A stretch of DNA of 64,000 bases from Minisyncoccota bacterium (lineage in GTDB: Bacteria; Patescibacteriota; Minisyncoccia; Phycocordibacterales; JBAZVT01): positions 4,377 to 68,376 of the forward strand of contig JBAZVT010000001.1 in assembly GCA_041660745.1 (NCBI GenBank), read 5' to 3'. Below the pieces are notes generated by a model, which worked only from the letters and a program-made list of their open reading frames with translations, did no database searches and was not told where the DNA came from. Every line of letters begins with the position of its first letter. Within the stretch, counting starts at the first letter, position 1. Shown here in pieces: positions 1 to 8,792 of this stretch. The translations under genes and the position numbers were made by a program.

Positions 1-202
1 GAATGATTCTAAACATTACAAAAATTCTCTTTTTATAACTCCCTAAATAAAGACATTGCTACATCACTTAACTATTTGAATGTAATAGTTATACCAACAG
101 ACAAGTGGTTGTATTTACGAATCAAATTTAAATTTAAGGGAACTACAAAAAAACATGTTAAATAATTTGTTAGGACAACATTGAACAATAAAAATTTTCT
201 TT

Positions 203-490
203 TTGGCAGCCCCCCTATACAGGGACCTTTAAAGAGGCTCTAATGCTTCCCCTAAAGGGGGGCAATTAACTGTACAAAAGAAACTTCCAAAATTTTTAAT
301 ATTTTTCACATAAAATAGCCCTAAAACGGGTCATTATTAATTATGTAATCTTAAGTTATTAAAAATAAACAACTTACAAATAGCGTTGTACGCGCCCTAA
401 ACAGGGACGTATTTACCCGGAAGAGGGACATGAGAAAAAATAATACCCCCTATAAGGGGACATTATTTCCCCTAAAAAGGGACTATAATC
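203..490. repeat. Five copies of a ~15-bp dyad motif CCCCTAnAnAGGGAC (at about 210-227, 248-264, 402-419, 446-462, 468-485) in an AT-rich tract.
   Basis: Read directly: ccccctatacagggacc, cccctaaagggggg, gccctaaacagggacg, ccccctataaggggaca, cccctaaaaagggact. They lie immediately distal to the 3' end of the relaxase gene. Confidence 0.6.
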
Positions 491-654
491 GACTCTAGCC
501 CTTGAATTAACTGGCCTTACGTGTCTTTAAACATTATTAAAGAGTTGTTAATTAAACACAACATTTTGTTGTTGTTTTTTTGAATACAACAGTACTTACC
601 CAAATACGAATTATTGAACTTACTTCGTATAAATTTTTATCCTCATATCAAAAT

Positions 655-2412
655 TTAACTCGCATTTATAACATGCGGATTCGCCGAAGGCATACCCCTC
701 CTAAACAACAGAGCAGTATCCTTAACCAACAGTGCCATGATGCTGGCGGAGTGGTTACTTCCTGATATCCTGTAAGCATGCACATTCAAGCCACTTTTCG
801 TGCGCTCATGCAGGTTCAGTTTCAGGAACTTCTTCTGCACAGCTTCCCAGGGGCCACCCTCCGGGTGTTCTTGGGCAAAATCTTTAAAAATGCCGGGGCT
901 CACCAAGACCACACCTTCCTGGACGGCATGGACGCGGGCACCTGGCTCATTGTAACGGATTGTCCGGTCACTTAGGCCTGTAACCAGCCAAGTTAAAAAT
1001 TGCTGCCCTAAGGGCTGGTTCTGAAGGGTAGGGGGGTCTTGGGTGCTTTCTGGCTTTGTTAGTGCTTTCCCTGTTTTGGTGGTGTGCCCGCCGCTTACGT
1101 TGGTGCCTTGCCCCAATGCGGGTGGATTGTCCAGGTTTTGCTTAGGCGCTACGCTGGCTTGGCTTCCGGTTTCGGCAACAGCCGCGTCATCGCGATGACC
1201 GCCAGGCTTGGCGGACACGGTGCCGGCAAACTCATCCGGCCAGGCCTCAGGGTCAGGCCAGAGCTTGCTGAGCGGGATGCAGAGCAAGGACAAGTCATGG
1301 CTGAAGTTGTCACCTTGCACGGTCATCCGCCAAATTGCCCGGTCCTGGTTAGGCTCCAACAGCTGCTGTTCCTGCAAGATATCAAACAGGCGCTGGTTAT
1401 CGGTCGGGATGCCGGTATGGCCGTATTGCCCAAGGTGCAACCGGATGCTGTCAACGGTACGCTTGCTCACCAGCCAGAGTTTGCTGCCCACCCGCCAACC
1501 GGCGGCGCCATTGCGGTTCAGTGGTAGGGTGTGCTCTTCCAGCAAATGCATAAGCGCCTGCAGCAATTTTTCGTGCAACGGTGTCACTTGGGTTGTTGCA
1601 GCCTTGGGGCCAACTTCTGCACCCAGGTTCTGCCCGACCGATTGCCGGTCGGCCAGGCTGATGATTTCACCAAGCACCGCCGCCTGCACACCGTCGCCTG
1701 TGACACAGGCACACCAGGCCGACAAGGCGGCTGGGTCACTGGCCAGCCAGGCCAACGCGGCAGCCGGGATAATGCGAGGTGCGAACAGCAAGGCCGCTTT
1801 TTCATGCAGGCGGTAACTGCGGTTGCGCACAAAGGCCAGGGTATACCAAGCCGCCTGGCCATGCGGGTCGAGGTTGCCGGCCCAAGGGTCCCACAGCCCC
1901 AAGGGTTGCCCCTGGGCATCAAACAGGCTGACCTGCTGGTCGACGGCGGGTTTGGCGAGGTCATGGCACAAGGCGGCGGCGAACACCGCATACGTCCAGA
2001 CGTCTTTCCGGTGCACCAGCGATTCAACCGCCGTGTCTGGTGGCAGCAGATAACCCTGGCGTAGGGACAAGGCCGAGCTGAGCACCTCCAAGGTATGGTC
2101 AAGCAGCCCGCCGGCATGGGCATGGTGGTGAGTTTCAGAGGCTGGCAGCTGCTGCACAAAGCTGGCATACTGCTGCAGCGCGGCCAGATAGAACGCCGTA
2201 AAATGAGGTGCCGGTACGCCCGCCAGTTCCTCAATCCGGTTAATGGCGGCCACGCGCGGCTGCAACAAGGCCGCCGCCGACAACACCGGTAAGCTGTTGG
2301 GCGGCGGCGGTAGGCTCGTGGCAAGCGCCAGCGGTGCTGGGGTTTTATCCCGTTGGAAGAAGTTCAGCAGCATAGTCTCAGGTCCATAGCCAGGCACCCG
2401 GGCAAGGGCCAA
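655..2412 (-). CDS. traI: ICE relaxase, MOBH family (TraI-like, HD-domain).
   Basis: 585-aa ORF with the HD-hydrolase signature (THHHAHAGGLLDHTLEV ... LCHDLAKP) typical of SXT/PFGI-1-class TraI relaxases. It sits at the end of the transfer gene array. The C-terminal ~40 codons run into AT-rich DNA, so the true stop is uncertain. Confidence 0.75.
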   Translation of the reverse strand: MALARVPGYGPETMLLNFFQRDKTPAPLALATSLPPPPNSLPVLSAAALLQPRVAAINRIEELAGVPAPHFTAFYLAALQQYASFVQQLPASETHHHAHAGGLLDHTLEVLSSALSLRQGYLLPPDTAVESLVHRKDVWTYAVFAAALCHDLAKPAVDQQVSLFDAQGQPLGLWDPWAGNLDPHGQAAWYTLAFVRNRSYRLHEKAALLFAPRIIPAAALAWLASDPAALSAWCACVTGDGVQAAVLGEIISLADRQSVGQNLGAEVGPKAATTQVTPLHEKLLQALMHLLEEHTLPLNRNGAAGWRVGSKLWLVSKRTVDSIRLHLGQYGHTGIPTDNQRLFDILQEQQLLEPNQDRAIWRMTVQGDNFSHDLSLLCIPLSKLWPDPEAWPDEFAGTVSAKPGGHRDDAAVAETGSQASVAPKQNLDNPPALGQGTNVSGGHTTKTGKALTKPESTQDPPTLQNQPLGQQFLTWLVTGLSDRTIRYNEPGARVHAVQEGVVLVSPGIFKDFAQEHPEGGPWEAVQKKFLKLNLHERTKSGLNVHAYRISGSNHSASIMALLVKDTALLFRRGMPSANPHVINAS

Positions 2413-2732
2413 AGCCGGGTAAAAACAGCCGGGGTTTTATGCCAACTATAACAGATTAAATAGGCCCAGGCCATTGATAAACATAAAAAAAGCAAGACAA
2501 CCCGGGCTTGGCCAGGGCTTTGGCCAAGGTCTGGACAAATTAACCAAAGTCCTTGAATATAACGGTTTTATGACCCTAAAATCAGGCACCATACACAGCG
2601 TTATGCACAAAATCTGTGGATAACTCCCCGCCTAACCAAAAAACCAGTTGCCCTACCCGGTGTGTTATGTTAAATAGCTAGCAAGTATAATAAAACATTA
2701 AACCCAAGCGGCAAAATTCCCGCCTTTAAGCC

Positions 2733-3323
2733 TTGCCGTTTTTCACCGGAATGCACATGAGCCTTAGCGAACCCCACATCAGGCATAAACTCAGCGTCAG
2801 CGACTATTACCGCATGGGCGATGCCGGGATTTTAGACGAAGATGACCGGGTAGAGCTGATTGAAGGGGAACTCATCGATATGGCACCGATAGGCAGCCAC
2901 CATGCCGGTATTGTTGCACAGCTGGTTGCGGCATTAGCCCAAGCGTTGGCGGGGAAGGCCATAGTCTGGCCACAAAACCTAATACGCCTGGACAGTTATT
3001 CAGTGCCGCAACCGGATATCATCGTGTTAAAAACCAGGCCTGATTTTTACAAGAATGCTTTACCCGAACCCGCCGACGTCCTGTTATTAATTGAAGTGGC
3101 GGACACGACGCTGGACTACGACCGCAACACCAAAGTGCCGCTCTATGCCCGCCACGGCATTGTTGAAGCTTGGCTGGTGGATATCAATGCCCGGCAGCTG
3201 GAGCGTTACCACCAGCCTGCTGAAACCGGATATGGCCAAAAAGATATTTTCACCCCGCAGCAAGCCATCAGTCCGCTGGCCTTGCCTTGGGCCGTGCTTG
3301 ATTTGGCCGCCGTGTTAAATTAA
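2733..3323 (+). CDS. Uma2-family (DUF820) PD-(D/E)XK endonuclease-like protein.
   Basis: 196-aa ORF; the motifs ELIEGELIDMAP and LLLIEVADTTLDYDRNTKVPLYARHGIVEAWLVD are typical of the Uma2 family. Alternative start at 2757 (MSLSEP). Confidence 0.65.
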   Translation: MPFFTGMHMSLSEPHIRHKLSVSDYYRMGDAGILDEDDRVELIEGELIDMAPIGSHHAGIVAQLVAALAQALAGKAIVWPQNLIRLDSYSVPQPDIIVLKTRPDFYKNALPEPADVLLLIEVADTTLDYDRNTKVPLYARHGIVEAWLVDINARQLERYHQPAETGYGQKDIFTPQQAISPLALPWAVLDLAAVLN

Positions 3324-3379
3324 CCCTCCCGGCAGCTGCCCTAGGCAGCCAACCGGCATTGCAATGAAGGAACAAAACC

Positions 3380-3739
3380 ATGATAAGCCTAATCACCAAT
3401 GCACTATTGATCGCCCTGGCGCTGGCGCTGCTGGCGGTGTTTATCCTGGGCGCCTGGCGCCATACCGTGGCGGCCACCCTGGGCGGGCCGTTGGCCGCTG
3501 CTGACCCTGCCGCCAAGCGCAGGCGTTACCTGGTGCTGGCCGGTAAAGTGCTGTGGCATTTGCTGGCGATGACGGTGCTTTTTCTGGCCCACAGTCTGCA
3601 ACTGTTCCTGATCGCAGCAGATAAGGAACAGGATGTAGAAGAAAAAATTGAACATGGCGGGGCGACATGGAGAAGGGACTGTTTTGGAAATTGGCATAGC
3701 TTTGATGCCGATGAAAACTCCCATCCTCCCCAATATTAG
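3380..3739 (+). CDS. Small hypothetical membrane protein.
   Basis: 119-aa ORF with two hydrophobic helices (LITNALLIALALALLAVFILGAW; VLWHLLAMTVLFLAHSLQLFLIAA). Confidence 0.4.
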   Translation: MISLITNALLIALALALLAVFILGAWRHTVAATLGGPLAAADPAAKRRRYLVLAGKVLWHLLAMTVLFLAHSLQLFLIAADKEQDVEEKIEHGGATWRRDCFGNWHSFDADENSHPPQY

Positions 3740-3750
3740 CCATTATGTCT

Positions 3751-5256
3751 TCATTTTAGTATTTTACCTATGGATCTTTTGCCTAGGCTGATGGCTTCTT
3801 TACCGCCATTTTCAGCTCCTTTGGCTATTGGGTCCCCAATTTTGTTATAAGCTTCTAAAGCCCCCCCAATACCACGAACCGCAAAACCCAATACCACAAA
3901 CCACACAAACGGCAACACCACAAACAACAGCAGCGCCACCAGGTTCAAGATCAGCACGGTGTTGGCCTTGTCGTCCTGGTAGGAGACCCAGCTGTACCAG
4001 TGGATGCCCAACCCTTCCAGCATGTGGTTGTCCAGCCAGACTGCAAGCGTCCACAACGCGGTCAGGAACTTGACGCCCAGGAGCGCTACCGTCACCGTGA
4101 ACAGGGTTTCTATGGCGTAGCCGGCAAACAGCAGCACAAACGGCAGCAAGGTGTATATCCCCATCAGGACAAGGGACTGGCCAATCGGGGCGGCTTGCCG
4201 CAGCGCATAAATCTTCGGCGCAAACGTCGCCAGTTCAAGCGACAGGCCGGCGCCGGCGGTGCCACGCGCAAACGTCCCCGGGTCACCGGTAAAGTTGTTC
4301 TGGAAACTGCTGATTTCCAATTTGCGCCCCAAGGCCGCCTGTTCGGGGGTGAGCAAGGTGCGCACCAGGGCATTTTGTGCGCTTTGGCTGCTGCCGGTGT
4401 CGGCACTGGCCTGCGCCAGGACATCAGTGTCCACCAGCGCCAGCAGCCGGGGCTGGAGGCCGTTGACCCACCAGTCCTTGCATTCTGGCCTGCCATTAGC
4501 CGGGATAAAGCCTGGCAAATACTCGGTGTCACGGGCGGCGTCATAAGGGAAGCCGGGTATTTCAACACTTGCCCGTATGGCCAGGTTGAGGTTGGTGTTG
4601 CCGTAATAGCCATTGCTGTCCTGGAAAAACTGTGAGCCAATCCAGGTGATGTCATCCGGCGGGTAGGCGGCCGGCAGGCTGGCCATGTCGGCATTAAATT
4701 TTGCCCGTGCCTGCTGCCAGCAGTCCGTGTTGAACAACTCCAGCTCACGACGCAGCTCAGGGTCCGCAATCCGCACATTATCAAGCTTATAGGCCAGCGT
4801 CCTAAGGTCTGGCGAACATGGCACCAGGCTGATGAAGCCATTGTTGAAGCCGTTGGCCAGCTTCAGCATGGCGTACCACCACAGGGGCACTTGCGCCGTG
4901 CGCCCGTCCAGCGCGACAAAGGCATTGTCATACAGCGTCCCGGTGTTGGCACCAGTGACCGCAGGTTGCCCGCAGGCCGCCAAGGTGCTGACCGTGCCCG
5001 TCCGCACCGGCAGCAAGGGTGCCCCGGCCACCGCCAGCACCACCATGATGGCGGTGACATCCAGCCAGTTAGCCCGCAGCGAGGCATCGGCGCCGTCATT
5101 GCCATAGGAGCGCCAAGCGCTGGTAAAATTACGCACGATGGCCGCCACCAGGGGGATATACGCTACCCCGGTGTCGGACAACAGCTGCCAGAGGCCATCG
5201 TATAACAGCCAACCCAACACCAGGGTATAAATTTCAATGCTTGACCCTACATCCAT
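3751..5256 (-). CDS. ICE T4SS membrane protein, TraG-like (N-terminal mating-pair stabilisation domain), PFGI-1 class.
   Basis: 501-aa ORF with multiple TM segments at both ends and a periplasmic central region. Last gene of the transfer operon before the relaxase, as in ICEclc-type elements. Confidence 0.55.
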   Translation of the reverse strand: MDVGSSIEIYTLVLGWLLYDGLWQLLSDTGVAYIPLVAAIVRNFTSAWRSYGNDGADASLRANWLDVTAIMVVLAVAGAPLLPVRTGTVSTLAACGQPAVTGANTGTLYDNAFVALDGRTAQVPLWWYAMLKLANGFNNGFISLVPCSPDLRTLAYKLDNVRIADPELRRELELFNTDCWQQARAKFNADMASLPAAYPPDDITWIGSQFFQDSNGYYGNTNLNLAIRASVEIPGFPYDAARDTEYLPGFIPANGRPECKDWWVNGLQPRLLALVDTDVLAQASADTGSSQSAQNALVRTLLTPEQAALGRKLEISSFQNNFTGDPGTFARGTAGAGLSLELATFAPKIYALRQAAPIGQSLVLMGIYTLLPFVLLFAGYAIETLFTVTVALLGVKFLTALWTLAVWLDNHMLEGLGIHWYSWVSYQDDKANTVLILNLVALLLFVVLPFVWFVVLGFAVRGIGGALEAYNKIGDPIAKGAENGGKEAISLGKRSIGKILK

Positions 5257-5295
5257 AACGTGTCCCCCGGTAAATGGCCTAGCCCGGCCAAACTG

Positions 5296-5772
5296 TTAAT
5301 AAACTATCCTGGCCAACAGCCTGAGGCCATGGCCCAGGCCGTTTTGGCAAAACAACACTTCCGTCAACAACAAGGCCGCCGCCACTTGCCAGCGTTGACT
5401 TAAGGCGTAGCCCCGTTGTGCCGGGGTAAACTTCAAAGAGGCCGCCAGCAGGTTAACCCAGCGCCGGTAACCGGCTATGGCCACGCCCAGAAGCAACAGG
5501 CGCCAGGCCAGGAACCAGGGTTTGGCAACGGCCATAAAGGCTTGCAGCTGCACGATATCTGCCAAGCGCGGGTGCGCCAGCAGCCAAAGCACCAGTGCCA
5601 GCAAGACCAGCAGCGCGAGGGCAAACCGTGCCTGCCAACGCCGGCAACAGGCCCACACGCGTTGGCCAAGGCCCAAGGCTGGCGGCCTGGGTTGGGGTGC
5701 CGCCATCTTATTGCACCTCGCCGTGGGTAATGGGCCGCTCATCATGGTTCGCTGGGTTCGTGGTCGCGGCAC
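5296..5772 (-). CDS. Hypothetical ICE membrane protein.
   Basis: 158-aa ORF with hydrophobic helices, within the transfer operon. Overlaps the upstream gene by ~60 nt, so the start may be internal (MAAPQP...). Confidence 0.4.
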   Translation of the reverse strand: MPRPRTQRTMMSGPLPTARCNKMAAPQPRPPALGLGQRVWACCRRWQARFALALLVLLALVLWLLAHPRLADIVQLQAFMAVAKPWFLAWRLLLLGVAIAGYRRWVNLLAASLKFTPAQRGYALSQRWQVAAALLLTEVLFCQNGLGHGLRLLARIVY

Positions 5773-7102
5773 TGTCGCGGATGCGGCCTTGGCCTTGGCC
5801 TAACAGCACCAACGCCGTCTGGGAGAACATTTCCCGGCGGATGCGGGTCTCGAACACCACATTGTCGATGGCCTGGGTCAGTTGGTTGATGGCGGCATCC
5901 AGGTCAGGCGCCAAGCCTGAGGCGTAAATGTTCGGTTCCATCCTGCCGGTTTGCAGCAAACGCCGCAACAGCAAGGCTTTTTGCAAGTTAAGGCCAGTGG
6001 CTGCCTCATCGGACAGCTTGTTCATGGCGGCTTCCCGCTCCTGGGCGGTCGGCAACGCCCGGATGGCCGAGATGACCTCACGGGTCATATCGATCCCCGG
6101 CACCGACACCTTGGCCAGCTCACTGGCTGTCGGCGTATTGCCGCCGGTGACGATAGTGCGCAAGGCCGTCAGGACCGGGGCCTTATCCTGTTCGATCAGG
6201 GGGATGATGCCATGCCCTGGGGTGGCCTTACGGCTCTGGTCCTTGCTGGTGGTGAGTTCAATGTCGCCAATGACGAATTGGCTGTAGGCTTGGACATCAG
6301 CGGGTTTTGGCCACACACTGGCCAAGGCTATGCCCGGGTTCCCGGTTGGGGCGGCGGAGGTGTCATTGACCGCGCGGTTCAATTCGATATTGTAGCCGGC
6401 CAGCACGGTGTCACTGATGGCCTGCACCGGTGCTTGTGCCGTGCCGCCGGCATGGTTGCCGCCTAGCCAGGGGATGCCGTTGTTGCCGTTGTTGGCATCC
6501 ACCGTGGTCTTGGCGGCATTGACATCACTGCTGGCTGAGCCGGTGGAGCCATTGCCCATCTGGATTTTCCAGTCAAAAGTCTTGGCGGTCTTGATAAAGC
6601 GCTCATACGGGTTCTCGCCGTTGCGGATCTCGGCCTCAAACTGCTGGCAACTGGCATTGGCCGCCCCCAGGACGGCTTCCCCACGGATCACCGCATTCTG
6701 GTACAAATCATACAGGCCCGGCGCTGCGCGTTGCAAAATGAAAGCCGGCAAGGAGGAGATGGCGCTGGTGGCGGCTGTCAACAGGCCATTATAGGCCGCC
6801 ATGACCTGGCCTTGGGCATTGTTGAGGACATTGGCCAGGCCGCTGATGGGGTTAAAATTGCCGCAAGAGTAAATATGGCTTAAATCCAGGCTGCCTTGCA
6901 GCGTGCTGGTTTGGCTGTTGGTGTTGGCCGGTGCCGACACCGCCTGGGCACCGCCGATCTGGTAATACCAGCCGCTGTCATGGGCAGGGCCAAAGCCTTG
7001 GCCAAGGCTGCCCGTGCTGGCCAAGGCCAAAGACAGCAGGGCCAGAAGTTTATGGCGGGGTGTTGCCATTCGGGTTAAAGGGGTCATCAGCGATAGCCTC
7101 AT
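5708..7102 (-). CDS. ICE T4SS periplasmic component, PFGI-1 class (function unassigned).
   Basis: 464-aa ORF with a signal peptide (KLLALLSLALASTGSLG). Ala/Gly/Asn-rich secreted protein, in the transfer operon. Confidence 0.5.
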   Translation of the reverse strand: MRLSLMTPLTRMATPRHKLLALLSLALASTGSLGQGFGPAHDSGWYYQIGGAQAVSAPANTNSQTSTLQGSLDLSHIYSCGNFNPISGLANVLNNAQGQVMAAYNGLLTAATSAISSLPAFILQRAAPGLYDLYQNAVIRGEAVLGAANASCQQFEAEIRNGENPYERFIKTAKTFDWKIQMGNGSTGSASSDVNAAKTTVDANNGNNGIPWLGGNHAGGTAQAPVQAISDTVLAGYNIELNRAVNDTSAAPTGNPGIALASVWPKPADVQAYSQFVIGDIELTTSKDQSRKATPGHGIIPLIEQDKAPVLTALRTIVTGGNTPTASELAKVSVPGIDMTREVISAIRALPTAQEREAAMNKLSDEAATGLNLQKALLLRRLLQTGRMEPNIYASGLAPDLDAAINQLTQAIDNVVFETRIRREMFSQTALVLLGQGQGRIRDSAATTNPANHDERPITHGEVQ

Positions 7103-8316
7103 GGTAAAGTGAATCTAGGTAAGTTAGGCAACGATGGGAGCCGCAGCAAACCGGCCCCAGGACTAGGGCTGCCCAAGATGCCGCCGAGCCCACCCGGGCT
7201 TAGGACCGTGCCAAGGCTAGGGTTGGCTGGCGGTATATTGTTGGCAAAATCAACTGACCCTAAAAATAAGCCACCGCCCCGGCAACATTGGTATGGCCGC
7301 CATAAGGTGAAGGTGTAGTTGCCAGTGCGGGCGATACGACCGCCACCCCAGCCAGCGGCCGTCGCCAGGTCGTTTTCGCCAAAAATATGGCAGCTGTGCT
7401 CCAGCGCCGGTGAGGTCATCTGCCACCAACCGCCGCTGGCAACATTTTCCTGCAGCTTGCCGGGTGACCAGACCATGGTGCCGCGGCTAAAATGGCGCCG
7501 GAAACCATCCTGGCCATTGCCTAACGGCCGATATACATGCGGTTGCCCGCTGCGGGTCACCACATCGCCAGCGCGCTGGGCAATCACCGCCGCCATCTTG
7601 GCCTCATCGGCCTGGGTCAGTGAGCCGGTCCGCGGATATAGGGCGCCCCAGGTATAAGCCGGGAACTGGCCGACTTCACGCAGCCCTGGGACTAAGGCCT
7701 GGGGGTAGATGCTTTCCGGGACGCCCCAGCGCCAGGCCAGGACATCAAAACCGGATAAAAAATAGGGCTTGAAGGAGGTTGCATCAGACGGGCACAACAG
7801 CCCCAGGCTTAATGGCGCCAGTTGGTTGAGTGCCGATGCCAAGGGATGGCCGATGGCGTCGGCTTCCTTGAAAATGAGGTTTTGTTGGCTGCCGTGGCTT
7901 AAGTTGCCGCCGCCGGGCAGCCACCCGGCAATGCCACCCAAAGCCGTGCTCAACACGGATGCCGCCCCGGCCTCGGCACTGCCGGTGATTAGTTTGGCTT
8001 CTGTCCAGGGGTTACCGCCGACCGGGTCGGCGCTGCCGGACAAGCTATTATAGGTGCTCACCACCAAGTCTGGATTGAAATGGGCAACCTTGACCCTAAC
8101 CCTGACACGGCAGTTAAAAAAGCCACAGACCAGATAAAAACAGGCGCCGACCACCCGGTAGCGTAGGCAGGAAGGGGCGCTGACGGCACTGGCCACCAAA
8201 CTGACGCTGTTGACCGTCTCCAGGGCATAGGCGTGCGCTGACACGGCCAAGGCAAGGTAGCCTGCGGCCAGCCAGCGCACCCGCCGGGGCACAAAACTTG
8301 GGGCCTGGGCGCTCAT
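7099..8316 (-). CDS. ICE T4SS periplasmic protein, possibly TraU-like.
   Basis: 405-aa ORF with a signal peptide (WLAAGYLALAVSAHAYA) and a Cys-rich N-terminal region (CLRYRVVGACFYLVCGFFNC) reminiscent of TraU-family proteins. Its start overlaps the stop of the next gene. Confidence 0.45.
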   Translation of the reverse strand: MSAQAPSFVPRRVRWLAAGYLALAVSAHAYALETVNSVSLVASAVSAPSCLRYRVVGACFYLVCGFFNCRVRVRVKVAHFNPDLVVSTYNSLSGSADPVGGNPWTEAKLITGSAEAGAASVLSTALGGIAGWLPGGGNLSHGSQQNLIFKEADAIGHPLASALNQLAPLSLGLLCPSDATSFKPYFLSGFDVLAWRWGVPESIYPQALVPGLREVGQFPAYTWGALYPRTGSLTQADEAKMAAVIAQRAGDVVTRSGQPHVYRPLGNGQDGFRRHFSRGTMVWSPGKLQENVASGGWWQMTSPALEHSCHIFGENDLATAAGWGGGRIARTGNYTFTLWRPYQCCRGGGLFLGSVDFANNIPPANPSLGTVLSPGGLGGILGSPSPGAGLLRLPSLPNLPRFTLP

Positions 8317-8792
8317 GGTTGACCCTGCTGCTGTTGCCAGCGCCGGTACTGGGCAAGGCCCAGTGCCAGGTCGGTGGTGCCGTAGACCACGGCTTCCTGG
8401 TTGAAGACCAGCGCCGGGTATGACGTAAGGCCATAACTGAGGGCCAGGCCGTGGCCTTGGAAGGCCGCCGCCACCTGGCCTGCCAACACGGACTGGTCGC
8501 CACTGAAGCGCTGGCGGGCGATGCTGGCGGCGGCCTCAGCGTCTGCCGGCAAGCCTTCGCTGAGGCCATCGGCAAGGCGGTCGGCGGCCGACAAGTCATA
8601 GGCCACCACCGTCAGTTGCCCTTGCCCGTCGCCTAGGCCTTCGGCCGGCAACGGCTGGCCGGTAAAGACCTCGACCTGTACCTTGCCCGCTGGCGCCTGT
8701 GGCCAGGCCAAGTTGGCCACGGCCAATCCGGACACCAAGATTAGTCGGTGCCAGCAGGGCTTGGCCCTGCGCTTACCCGTGGCCACCTTCAT
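8313..8792 (-). CDS. ICE T4SS periplasmic protein, PFGI-1 class.
   Basis: 159-aa ORF with a signal-like N-terminus. Translationally coupled between the VirB4-like ATPase gene and the 405-aa gene. Confidence 0.45.
   Translation of the reverse strand: MKVATGKRRAKPCWHRLILVSGLAVANLAWPQAPAGKVQVEVFTGQPLPAEGLGDGQGQLTVVAYDLSAADRLADGLSEGLPADAEAAASIARQRFSGDQSVLAGQVAAAFQGHGLALSYGLTSYPALVFNQEAVVYGTTDLALGLAQYRRWQQQQGQP

Noticed and set aside
778-975. 65-aa plus-strand ORF at the start of the window.
   Set aside because: It overlaps the relaxase C-terminal coding region on the opposite strand; no motif or RBS context.
1084-2324. Several 150-250 aa ORFs antisense or out of frame within the relaxase gene (1084..1527, 1208..1816, 1531..2064, 1584..2324).
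   Set aside because: Shadow ORFs typical of 63% GC DNA. They are fully contained in a gene with clear relaxase motifs, and their low-complexity Arg/Pro/Ala-rich translations have no motifs.
3091-3743. Overlapping ORFs 3091..3318, 3268..3516, 3404..3733 and 3441..3743 around the Uma2 gene and the 119-aa membrane ORF.
   Set aside because: Alternative-frame or antisense ORFs with Arg/Pro-rich low-complexity translations. Only the Uma2 frame and the TM-containing 3380..3739 frame carry protein-like sequence.
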